A stretch of DNA of 64,000 bases from the NCBI RefSeq assembly GCF_009914755.1, contig NC_060942.1, one strand, 5' to 3'. Under the pieces are notes generated by a model. That model did no database searches. It was not told where the DNA came from and was given only the letters and a program-made list of their open reading frames with translations. Source of the stretch: the human T2T-CHM13v2.0 reference genome, Homo sapiens. The position numbers and the translations under genes are program-made. How positions within the stretch are numbered: position 1 is the first letter of the stretch; the number at the start of each line of letters is the position of its first letter. Shown here in pieces: positions 51,510 through 64,000 of the stretch.

Positions 51510-51978
51510 TGTGAAGGTTCTGAGATTTTACCCTACTTGTAAGCTAATTAGCTTCATGGATGCTGGCAGAAGACACAATTCCTAGGTCAGTGATGAAGGA
51601 ATATTTGCTATTCAGCAATAGCAGTAGCCAGAGTATCATTGTTTGTGCCTGTTCCCTGAGCCTCGCTTCTCACAAGGGGGATGCAGTGATGGGCAGATGA
51701 CAACTGCATATGCAGTGGGTTGTATTACAGGGTAGGAACCCCAAATCTTTTATGATGGGCAGTAAGTCTGCCTGAACTTTTCCCTAGAAGGAGACATTAT
51801 TACACTGGACAGCAAACAGGTATGTCCTTAGCTTTAGAGGGAGACACTACCTCTGTCTTTCGAGGCTGTTTATCATACAAATACCCATGAAAAGATAGTC
51901 CAGGACAAAGGAAATTAGTGTGTCTGCTCGCAACATGTGCAAAAATGCAAGAGAGACATGGAGAATTATGTCCCAACA
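51510..51978 (-). mobile_element. LTR40-type solo LTR (ERVL)
   Basis: Minus strand reads TGTTGGGACATAATTCTCCATG...AGTAGGGTAAAATCTCAGAACCTTCACA with TG..CA ends. Confidence 0.75.
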
Positions 51979-52025
51979 CAGCTGTAATGGCACCACCTAC
52001 AGATAGCTATTAACATTTTGGTTTA

Positions 52026-54427
52026 CAGGCATACCTCATTTTATTGCACTTCACTTTATTGTGCTTTGCAGATAATTGTGCTTTTTACAAATTGAAGGTT
52101 AGTGGCAACCCTGTGTTGAGCAAGTTCATTGGCAACATTTTTCCAACAGCATGTACTCACTTGTCTCTATGTCACATCTTGATAATTTTCATATTTCCAA
52201 CTTTTTCATTATCATGATGATGATTAGTGATCTTTGTTACTGTTGTAGTTGTTTTGTGGGCACCACACTGTATGCAGAAAAGATGGCAAGCTTAATGTTG
52301 TATGTGTTCTACTGCTCCACTTACTGGCTCCTCTCCCAACTCCGCCCCTCCTTGGGCCTTCCTATTTCCTAAAACAACAATTTTGAAATTGTTGTGTTTC
52401 AGTGGTCTCTAAGTATTCAAGTGAAGAGTGGAATGTCTCTCATTTTAAGTCAAAAGCTCTAAATGATTAAGCTTAGTGAGGAAGGTATGTCAAAGGCTGA
52501 GAGAGGTCAAAAGCTAGGCCTCTTGTGCCAGTTAACCAAGAGAGGAATGCCAAGGAAAAGTTCTTGAAGAACACTAAAAGTGCTGTTAAAGTGAACACAC
52601 CATAAGAAAGCAAAACAGTCTTATTGCTGATATGGAGGAAGTTTGGAGTGGTCTGGATAGAAGATCAAACCAGCTACAACATCCCCTTAAACCAAAGTTC
52701 AATCCAGATCAAGGCCCTCTCCTCAATTCTGTGAAGGCTGAGAGAGGTTTGGAAGCTGCAGAAGAAAAGTCTGAAGCTAGCATAAGTTGGTTCATGAGGT
52801 TTAAGGAAAGAAGCTGTCTCCATAACATAAAAGTGCAAGGTGAAGCACCAAGTGCTAATGTGGAAGCTACAGCAAGTTATCCAGAAGATCTAGCTATGAT
52901 CTTTGATGAAGATGGCTACACTAAACTACAGATTTCAGTATAGATGAAATAGCCTTCTATTGGAAAAAGATACCATGTAGGACTTTGAAAGCTAGAGAGG
53001 AGAAGTCAATCCCTGGCTTCAAAGCTTCAGAGGACAGGCTCACTGTCTTGTTAGGGACAAATGCAGCTGACAACTATTAAGTTAAAGCCAGTGCTCTTTT
53101 TCCATTGCAAAAACGCCAAGACCCATAAGAATTACGTGAAATTTACTCTGCCTGTACCTTATCAATGGAAAAACAGTGCCTAATGACAGCACATCTGTTC
53201 ACAGCATGGTTTCCTGAATAGATTAAGCCTACTGTTGAGACTTACTAAGAAAAAAGGATTATTTTCAAAATATTACTGCTCATTGACAACATGTCAGTGA
53301 GCTGTCACCCAAGAGCTCTGACAGAGACATACAAAGAGAATAATGTTGTTTTCATGGCTGCTGACATGCAGTCCATTCTGCAGCCCATAGGTCAAGGAAT
53401 AATTTTAACTTTTTAAACAAGTCTTATTAAAGAAGTATGCTTTGTAAGGCTGTAGCTGCCATAGAGAGTGATTCCTCTGATGGATTTGGGCAAAAAAATT
53501 GAAAACCATCTTGAAAGGATTCACCATTTTAGATGCCATTAAAAACATTTGTGATTCATGAGAGGAAGTCAAAATACCAATATTAACCAGAGTTTGGAAA
53601 AGTTGATTCTAACACTCATGGATGACTGAGAGGGTCAAGACTTTAGTGGAGGAACTAACTGTAGATGGGATTGGAAAACGCAAGAGAATGAGAATCAAGT
53701 GGAGCCTGAAGATGTGACTGAATTGCTGAAATCTCATGATCAAACTTGAAACCTACTTTTAAAACAACCTTATAAGCAAAACACTTGGTTTGAAGCTCCA
53801 TTTCATTGGCAGAAGAGAAAAATAGCTCATCTTTCTTATGGATGAGCAAATAAAGTATTTCTTGAGATGGAATCTACTCTTGGTGAAGATGCTATAAACA
53901 TTGTTGAAATGACAGCAAATAATTTAGTATATTACATAAACTTCGTTGATAAAACAGCAGCAGAGTTAAATAAGATTGACTCCAATTTGAAAAGAAGTTC
54001 TGTGGGTAAGTGCTATCAACAGCATTGCATGCTCCAGAGAGATCTCTTGTGAGAGAAAGTCAATTCACATGGCAAACTTCATTGTTGTCTTAAGAAATTG
54101 TAATAGCCACCCCAACCATCAAAAATTGTCCTGATCAGCAAACAGCCATCAACCTAAGGCAAGACCCTCCACCAGCAAAGAGATTACAACTCACCGATGG
54201 CCCATGCAATCTTTAGCATATTTTAGTATATTTAGTACTTTAAAATTAAAGTAGGTATATATGTATTTTAGACATGATAGTATTGCACACTTACTAGACT
54301 ACATCATAGTGTAAACATGATTTTTGTACTGGGAAACCAAAAAATTTGTGTGACTTGTTTTGTCATTATAATTGCTTTATCGTGGTGGTCTGGAACTGAA
54401 TCTGCCATATCTCCAAGGTATGCCTTG
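52026..54427 (+). mobile_element. Full-length Tigger1 DNA transposon with decayed transposase
   Basis: TA|CAGGCATACCTC start and ...AGGTATGCCTTG end (TIRs); ~2.4 kb; transposase remnants ([20 protein letters not shown] at 52632-52943; 53867-54052). Confidence 0.92.
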
Positions 54428-55099
54428 ATATTGTTCCCGAGTTTTCTGTTTATATATTTGCACGTGTGTATATATATTCTTGTTTTCTGGATACTTTTTT
54501 TACCATTTTTTCTATCTTACTGAGATGACAAAGGCTATCAATACATTGTTTAATAGCAGAATTAATAGAAGATCATTCTTACCATTGATGCTTTCATTAT
54601 TACGTGTGATGGCTGTTGCCAGTTATTGGGAAAATAATGTTAAATGAAAAAGACTCTAGAAATATTTTAAGATAATAAACCTAACAGAGTTATGGGCCTA
54701 GGATGTGCTAATGAGCCTCTCGTGAATTTGATAGAGTATTTCTACTCTTTGGTAATACAGAAATTTCAAGTCTATCAAAAACATTTCTTTTGAAAGAAAA
54801 GAAACCCTTTGTTCAAATACGCCTTGAAGGACAGTTTTATAGATGACATAACAAGTAGTTAGCAGTTATGATAGTTACACATCACCGTATTGCACGGGAG
54901 AACATATTCCATATACTCTTTTGCTGTTTTCTTTCAACTTAATATCACATAGGTTTTTTTTTTAACTCATTTTGTGGCACAGACCTGTATCTTATGTAGC
55001 TGCAAGGGAGAAGGGATTTTTAAATGATTCTTAAATCTTTTATTCGTAACAATGATTCATTTTCTGAGGCAAGTTACTGGAGTTTTGTTGGTTAACCTG

Positions 55100-55649
55100 T
55101 GTATTAGCTGTGCCTTTTTGTTTTCTGTATTTCTGTTGCTTTGACTTCTGAGGCCTTGCTGAGCATTGAGAGACTGTATCTTCCAGGGCTAGCCAGTTCC
55201 TAGAGATAATAAACTCACTGTGAGCAAATCTTTCACTCTCAGACCGACCTATCTAGACCCCACATCCAAACCCCCAACTTTGTTGGGCTCTCACACTCTG
55301 GGCCACTGGCCATCTGTCCTAATCACCCCAGAACCAGGCACCAATTAGAGAAACAGCTCCCATACCCCAGAACCCACTGAAATTATTCAAGGTAGCCAAT
55401 CCCAAGCCTGCTTACCCTGCTTCACACTTTTTTTCCTGTAGAAACTACAGTAAAGGCTCTTGCTCACATTTCACCTTTCTTCTTTTACCTCTTGACCAAC
55501 CACCCTGGTACTTCCCTGTGTGGTCTGGAGTGGCATGATGTGGCATGGCATGCTCCCCACCCCTTGGAACTGTGAGTAACAATCTTTTCCATAGCAGTAA
55601 TATCCTGATTTGTTGGTCTCACCATATAATAAAACCTACATTTTAAGTA
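55100..55649 (+). mobile_element. MER74-type solo LTR (ERVL)
   Basis: TGTATTAG start, CCAGGGCTAGCCAGTTCCTAGAGATA core, AATAAAACCTACATTTTAA end; flanks ACCTG/ACCTT as a 5-bp TSD. Confidence 0.7.
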
Positions 55650-56169
55650 ACCTTATAAGCAAAACACCTTGTTTTTGAAGCTCCATTGGCAGAAGTGAAA
55701 AAATAGCTCGAGGATGTTAGTTGAAAGCTTGGAAATTGATCAAGAATGAATGTAGATGTTATTCTTGTCACTTTGTTCTTGCCGTCATAGGGTTTTCTTT
55801 AATCTTTTGATACAATGAATTAAGAGGTTTTCTATCAGTGAACTGTCCTTGCATTCTCTAGATGAGCCCTGCTTGATTATAATATATTCTAAGAATTGAA
55901 TTTGGCTTGATAGTCTGTTTAGGACTTTTGCATTTAAGTTCATAAGTGGATTTTTGTCTATAATTTTGTATCTTGTGCTGTTTTTTGGTATCAATTTCAT
56001 TTTAGACTTCTAAAATGAATTGGGTAACTTCTAATCTTTCTGTGCTCTGGTATTTATAAGACATGGGAAATACCTGCTTCTTGAATTTTTGTTTTTTTGG
56101 TTAAAACTCTATTGTAAAATCTTGTGGAGTAGGTGCCTTTTTAAACATACATTTCACTATGGATTTATC

Positions 56170-56460
56170 TTTTTTTTTCCTCCTTTTTTTTTTAGAGACA
56201 GGGTCTTGCTCTGCTCTGTCACCCAGCCTGGAATGCAGTGGCATGATTATAGGTCACTGCAGCCTTCTGCCTCAGCCTCCCGAGTAGCTGGGACTACAGG
56301 TGTGTGCCATTGCGCCCAGCTAGTTTTTAAAAATTTTTTATGGCGATGAGGTCTCACCACGTTGCCCAGGATGGTTTCAAACTCCTGTCCTCAAGTGATC
56401 CATCCGCCTCAGCCTCCCAGAGCATTGGGATTACAGATTTTAGCCACTGCACCCAGCCTG
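56170..56460 (-). mobile_element. AluJ
   Basis: Diverged dimer. Confidence 0.88.
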
Positions 56461-56609
56461 ATTTACTGTTTTCTGTGGTAATTGGTCTGTTCTGGTTTTC
56501 CCTTCCTGTCATCCTGTCATGAGCTAGTTTTTAGTAATCCATATATTCCAAGGAAATTACCCATTTTTACAGGCTGTAAGTTTTTTAATAGTATAAAATT
56601 GAGTACAGC

Positions 56610-56957
<348 letters not shown>

Positions 56958-57607
56958 TAGTTGTATTCAGGCTCAATCTCAGTGGTTTTTTTTTGTTTGT
57001 TTGGTTGTTTTTATCTTTTCTCTGTTTTTCATTATTAAGTTCACCAAAGGTTTGTTAATTTATTTGCTCTTTTAGAGTCATCTTTTGGTTTTATTGCTAC
57101 TTTAAAAAAAATGACATTAATTTGTTATGCCCCTTTTTCCTCCTCATCCCTCCTTTATTTTTCATCTTGGGTTGAAAACTGGTATCTTTTATAGTCTGAA
57201 TCTACTTTTCATTTGCTTTTGAGAGTTTCTACAATCATGATAAATTATCACTTATTATCATAGCTTGGGGAATGTTCTTTTAAGATCTCCTGCTAAGGCA
57301 GTGTGGCTTAGTTCTCAGTATGAAGCACATTTCTCACAAAGGAGTTGTCATACCCCAGTTTTAGATGTGCTGTATCAATTTGGATGTTTTGATTATAGGA
57401 GTGAACTTTATAATACCTATAGGTCACTTCACCTGATTGGGCGAGTACTTAGTATTTTTGTTTGGTATGTCATTCTTTTTCTAAAATGAATTATAAATCC
57501 ATTTCTGGTTTTCTGATTTAAGAAATAGGGTTGTAATCTACTGGCCTGGATAGATTATTCTTTGGTTCCTGTGATCCTTACATATTTTCTTCTTTATTGG
57601 TAAATAA

Positions 57608-57791
57608 TAGTGGTTCTCAAACTTTACTATGCATCAAAATTATGTGGCAGGACTATTAAAACAGATCATTAAGCCCTAGCCCCAGAGATTATGATTCAGT
57701 AGGTCTGAGATGATGCCTGAGATTTTGCATTTCTAGTAAGTTTCTAGGTGATGCTGATACTGCTAGTCAGGAAGCCATTTGAGAACTACTG
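57608..57791. mobile_element. MER5A (hAT-Charlie)
   Basis: AGTGGTTCTCAAA...TTTGAGAACTACTG TIRs and GATTCAGTAGGTCTG core. Confidence 0.85.
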
Positions 57792-57799
57792 ATATAGAT

Positions 57800-57803
57800 A
57801 ATT

Positions 57804-57842
<39 letters not shown>

Positions 57843-58128
57843 TTGAGACAGAGTTTTGCTCTTGTTGCCCAGGCTGGAGTGCAACGGTATGATCTCAGCT
57901 CACTGAAGCCCCTGCCTCCCAGATTCAAGTGATTCTCCTGCCTCAGCCTCCTGAGTAGTTAGGATTATAGGCACCTGCCACCACACCTGGCTAATTTTTT
58001 GTATTTTTGTAGAGACAGGATTTCACCATATTGGCCAGGCTGGTCTCAAACTCCTGACCTCAGGTGATACCCATGCTGTGGCCTCCCACAGTGCCGGGAT
58101 TAACAGGCATGAGCCACCACACCCAGCC
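57800..58128 (-). mobile_element. AluS with (ATTT)n tail
   Basis: Full dimer; TSD AATTTTATTT. Confidence 0.93.
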
Positions 58129-58272
58129 AATTTTATTTTTTAAATAAAATACCATCAGTTTGATTCAATTCAGAATTGCTTTTTAAAATTTACATATTCA
58201 TTGGCGCTACATCTAGATATAATGGTTCTATTCAAAATATTTTGTTTTACTGTTGTTTTAAAATTGTTATTA

Positions 58273-58820
58273 GAAGTACCATTCAACCCAGCAATCCCAT
58301 TTTTGTTTACCCAAAAGAATATAAATTGTCCTATTAAAAAGACACATACATGCCTATGTTCATTGCAGCACTACTCACAGTAGCAAATACATGGAATTAA
58401 CCTAAATGCGCATCAACAGTAGACTGGATAAAGAAAATGTGGTATATACACACCATGGAACACTATGCAGCCATTAAAAAGAATGAGATCATGTTTTTTG
58501 CACAGCAACATGGATGGAGCTGGAGGCCATAATCCTAAGTGAACTAATGCAGGAATAGAAAACCACCAAATACCACATGATCTCATAAGTGGGAGCTAAA
58601 CATTGAGTACACATGGACATGAAGGGAACAGCAGACACTGGGGCTTACTTGAGCGTGGAGGGTGGGAGGAGGGAGAGGATCAAAAAACTGCCTATCAGGT
58701 ACTATGCTTATTACCTGGGTAATGAAATAATCTTTACACCAAACCCCAGTGATATGCAATTTACTTACATAACAAACCTGCACAGGTACCCCTGAACGTA
58801 AAATATTTAAAAATAAATAT
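58273..58820 (+). mobile_element. L1PA15/16-type 3' end
   Basis: CCATTCAACCCAGCAATCCCA...AAACCTGCACAGGTACCCCTGAAC; TSD-like AAATT(AT)GTTATTA. Confidence 0.85.
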
Positions 58821-59021
58821 AAAATTATGTTATTAAATAAGAGTAGGGAAATATGAAACAGGAAAAAATGTACTTGTTGAAGCTGGGTCTTGAGTACATT
58901 GAATACAGTGATAGGTAATACTATCTCTTTTTGTGTATGTTTGAAATTTTCCTTAGGGGTTTCTATACTGTATTGCTTAGCTAATATTGATATAACTTTA
59001 CTCTATTTGACTTTTTAATAG

Positions 59022-59309
<288 letters not shown>

Positions 59310-59575
59310 TAGGAATTCCATCTATCATGCCAAGTGTGATTTCTAACCAGAGATAAAAACAATTTTCTTTATTCCTTACTCTTTGAATGTTTATTGTGAA
59401 TTTCTTTATCAAGAAATTAATTTTGGGAGGAGCATTCAAATGAATAAAAATTACTCAGTGATAAGGAAGCATTGGGATATGCAGATTTGAGAAAAAGTTG
59501 TTGAGCTTTTGTGAACATATGGTCACACCCCAAAGAAGTTTAGGCACTTTAGATTCAGAAATAAATTAGAAACAT

Positions 59576-59579
<4 letters not shown>

Positions 59580-59618
<39 letters not shown>

Positions 59619-59647
59619 GGCTAACTGCCTCAGTGCTTTTCATAGAA

Positions 59648-59683
<36 letters not shown>

Positions 59684-59712
59684 GGCTAACTGCCTCAGTG
59701 CTTTTCATAGAA

Positions 59713-59759
<47 letters not shown>

Positions 59760-59794
59760 AGGCTAACTGCCTCAGTGCTTTTCATAGAATTTTT
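59580..59794 (+). repeat. Triplicated unit: (CA)13-20 + (T/C)TGAGGCTAACTGCCTCAGTGCTTTTCATAGAATTTTT
   Basis: Three near-identical 38-nt blocks at 59615, 59680 and 59757, each preceded by a CA tract. Confidence 0.97.
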
Positions 59795-60945
59795 GTTTCC
59801 CAAAACTCCTATATACCAGAAATTGATACTTGAAATCAGCCAATCCCAGTTATTCATAACGGATGAGATTCTTTTTATTGCTATCTAATAAATTACTAGG
59901 TTGTGTTTTAGCCCTGAACTAACCGATTTTTGAAACTAATATAAACTTGAATGTATGTATTTACTGTAGTTTTAGTCATTGCATGAAATATTAATAATGA
60001 ACTGTTCTTAAAAATGTTTTAGCCTCAGAGAAAGTATTCCATTCTGAGTTTACGTACATAGATCATATTCTGCCTATATCTTTCTAGTCATTTTAATTGT
60101 CAGTTCAGAAATGATCTTGACTCTGGAAACTGAAAATACTCATAAAGATTTTTGAAACATTCTATGCTAACATAGCTTTAGAAAAGCATGTAGTGTATGC
60201 TTTTGGTAGCCAGGTCTCCTTTTGTGTATTTTGCCACTGCTGTTGTGTGAATTAAAAATTGTTCTTAAACACTCATGACATTTTTAAACTTTGAAGATTG
60301 CTCTGTCTTGCAGTGATTACGAAATCATGTGCTTTTTCATTTTAAGCTACACTGGTTTCTTTGAGAGATTCAGAATCTTTTTTTTTTCCCCCCGAAGCAT
60401 CCTAAGTGATACTCTCAAGCTAATTACTGGATCGCTTACCTGAGAAGAGGGTGCTTATGTGCCTTTGGGATAGCTATTTCAGATTGAACTCTTCTCGCAT
60501 ATTGTTAAAAGTTTCTTTGCTAGTCATTTTTAAATTACATTACTCGGGTTTTGTTTTCCAATGAGAGTATATTTCTGATAGCTGTTCGAAAAATGGATTT
60601 TGATAAATTCAAAAAATATTAATATTTTTAAGGAATAAAGTTTCAAGATAATCTTTTCATGAGAGCCTTTGTCATTAGATCAGATGGATTATTTTTCTTT
60701 TATTTAGAATAAAATTAAGGAGAAAATGTTACTTAGGAAGGTAAGAAATTTAGGCATTGAATAAATGTAACCTAATTCATATGTCTAAAATTGGGTTATA
60801 TACACTTTTCCCCCTTAGATTTTTTCTACCGTTGGACTTTAGTTGGGATATCGCAGCTCTCTATAAGACTGTTTCATAACACTTATTCTTCCTTTTGAAA
60901 AGTTAACATGTTGTCACCAAACAAAATTTTGATGGATTTAAAACA

Positions 60946-61416
60946 CAATTGACCCTCGAATGGTGTGGGGACTAGGGGCGCCAACCCCCTTTTTCCCCCT
61001 TCACACAGTCAAATCTGTGTATCTTTTGACTTCCCAAGTACTTAACTACTAATAGCCTGCTGTTGACCAAAGCCTTACCAATAACATAAACAGTCAATTA
61101 ACACATCTTTTGTGTGTTACGTTATTTTTTTCTTTACTGTTACCTGAGATGACGTGTTATATTATTATATACTGTACTCTTTAAGCTAGAGAAAAAAATG
61201 TTACTTAAGAAAATCATAAAGAACAGAAAATATATTTACTATTCATTAAATGGAAATGTATCATTATAAAGATCTTCATCCTCATTGTCTTCACATTGAG
61301 TAGACTGAGGAAGAGGAGGGGTTGATTTTGCTGTCTCAGGGATGCAGGGAGGCAGAAGAAAATTCCTGTGTAAGTGGATCTGTGCAGTTCAAAATCAGGT
61401 GGTTCAAGGTCAATTG
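60946..61416 (+). mobile_element. Tigger2a-type DNA transposon
   Basis: CAATTGACCCTCGAA...TTCAAGGTCAATTG|TA TIRs; CTTAACTACTAATAGCCTGCTGTTGACC core. Confidence 0.85.
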
Positions 61417-62089
61417 TATTTATATTTTTGGTAGGCTTTATTTATAAATTTTAGTAATAGATGACGTCTTTGGTTTAACATATCACAACACAGTGAAAAC
61501 ATTAAGGAGGATTTCCCTAGTCCCAGTACAAAATGTGTTATTTACGATTCAAGTGTCTTTTATATAATTTTTTTTTAAAAAGTAGAATTCAGTACCATTA
61601 AGTGATATTTCCCATATGAAAGATACAGCATCAGACTTCATATCTGACATTGATCTTTTTTATGTAGTATTCTGTATTTTAAACTATTAGCTGAAACTGT
61701 GAAGATAAAGATACAGAGGGGAGAAACATTTACAGCATATATCAAAACCCTTAATATATGTAGTATTTAAAGATCTTCTAAGTGTGAAAAGGAAACTCAA
61801 AAATGGGAAAATGGACCAGAAAATACAAGTGGTTCAGAACAATTATAGTTTGGAAAGAAATACATGAAAAAAATACATCAATAGTAATCAAGAAATACAA
61901 TTTATGGTGAATGACAAAATTGTTTTTGGTCTGAATCACCCAGTGGTTATGGGTTGGACATAGGAATTTGCTTTAGTGGGTCTAAATTATAGAAATACTT
62001 TGTTTAAGGTAAATAGGACAGTGTATATAAAAAGTTGTTTCTTAACATCTGACTAATTTTTTCTTTGGGCATTTATTATAATAATGATA

Positions 62090-62378
<289 letters not shown>

Positions 62379-62544
62379 CTCTAATAATTACTGATGAGAG
62401 CATTTATCTTTAAGAATGTTTATCTCAGCTTTCTTTATAATAGCAAAAAAATCAGGAAAATTGTGTTGAGTAATATAGGATTTGTTAAATTATGATAAAT
62501 TCAATGAAGAAATAGATTTTTCACCCTTAAAAATAATGTAGTAA

Positions 62545-62800
62545 GGCTGGGCATGGTGGCTCACACCTGAAATCCCAGCACTTTGGAAGGCCAAGGCAGG
62601 AGGATCACTTGAGGCCAGGAGTTTGAGACCAGATTGGCCAGCAGAGTGAGACCCTATATCTATAAGAAAATTAAAAAATGAGTCAGGCTTAGTGGTGTGT
62701 GCCTGTAATCCCAGCTACTCGGGATGCTGATGCATGAGTATTGCTTGGCCTGGTAGGTCGAGGCTACAGTGAGCTGTGATCATGCCACTGTACTCCAGCT
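62545..62800 (+). mobile_element. AluJ, 3'-truncated
   Basis: Diverged dimer ending at TACTCCAGC. Confidence 0.88.
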
Positions 62801-64000
62801 GTAGAATAATACGTAATATGGGAAGGTGATCATGATATTGGAAGTAAAAAATTAGATTATGAAACAGTATGTGCTATTTGCATTAAAATTGTAATTTGTG
62901 TATTTACATTTACTGTGTGTATATACGTGCACACATGATGTATATTAACACATGGAAAGATTAAGACTAAGACTTTTTTCACTGTAGGAACTGTACCTGT
63001 TGGATGTGTTTTGGGTACAGAACAAAATATAAATGTTATAAACCTTGACGTAAGGAAATAACAGAAAAAAGGGTAGGGAATAAGGAGAAAGCATATCATC
63101 TTATCTCTAGCAAGGGATTAACTGATATTATCTAAACAAGTATATAGTTTCTTAAAATGATTATATAAACTTTTTAATGTTCCTGTATTTAAAATTCCTT
63201 TATATTTTTGTTTATATTTTATAGTAGACAGTGTCTTTTATAAAGAAGCAATGCCTTTAGTTTTTTTTAATGTTGGATTAAAATAATCTTTAAGCCTTTT
63301 ATTTCAAAACAGCATATGTATGTTATTTTCTTGTTCTTACATAAATTTATTACTGTCTCTGCTAGTTCCTTTGTTGTTTTATGTGTTTAGAGGGATGCTG
63401 GGAATGATGCTTGCCAGAGGTTAACACTTTATTTCTTGGATGTGGGGTATTTATTACTTCCTTCTTGGTCCTTTTTGTATGGCTTGAATTCTTGAGATAA
63501 TGGTCATATGTTACTTTTATAAAGTCACTACTTTTTAAAAGAGGTATTCATAGCATTGTCCAAGGAAAGCCTACTGGCACCCCAAATCAGCAGTAATGCT
63601 GTCTACTGAATGAGAGATTCCTAGCCTTCATTTTGCGAGATATCGTAATGTGTCTTAAACTTTCTAAATTCTCAATTATTTAATACTTACTAATTTTTTT
63701 AAAAAAGAAAACACTTTCTAGAAAAGTAATTGCTTGGCTAGACAGGAGAAATTAGGGAATGAATTACAACATAATTTGAAATCAGGCCAGTGGGTCCTTG
63801 TAGCTCTATCGTAGTACTATATTTATTCTGAATTAATTTATTTAAACAAATCACCAACATATTATTTTACTCTGTCAAAGAATTCCCATAAATTTTGTCC
63901 TGTGGAATATTAAGCCAATGTATACAGTGACCCATTGAACCTATGGAAGCAAAAAGCAACTGCTTATCTAAAAGATATTTCTTACACCTACATCAGCTTG

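Noticed and set aside
59580-59794. CRISPR-like look (palindromic repeats with spacers)
   Set aside because: The spacers are plain CA microsatellite, the DNA is a primate intron, and no cas genes are present.

Overview
Human (primate) genomic DNA holding the 5' part of ANKRD12 on the + strand, recognised from its N-terminal peptide. It contains a CpG-island promoter (~1-1100) with a non-coding first exon and a probable alternative first exon, a ~45 kb repeat-rich intron 1, exon 2 (45856-45993, ATG at 45907) and exon 3 (59022-59169). The rest is mostly interspersed repeats: ~35 Alu/FLAM copies, L1s, L2, a full-length Tigger1, Tigger2a, MER47, MER5A, and LTR40- and MER74-type solo LTRs. Nearly all ORF-track entries come from these repeats. 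I found no new gene system. The most unusual structures are: (i) an L1PA4-like element nested in an older L1PA, with both a precisely spliced 5'UTR (SpIRE97/622 type) and an apparent ~380 bp 3' transduction inside one 15-bp TSD; (ii) an ~80 bp locally templated insertion in Tigger1 copied from an LTR/flank junction 1.9 kb away; (iii) a triplicated (CA)n-plus-hairpin array just after exon 3; (iv) first-exon-dependent uORFs ahead of the ANKRD12 start codon. Repeat subfamilies were called from remembered consensus sequences without RepeatMasker, and repeat boundaries are approximate.
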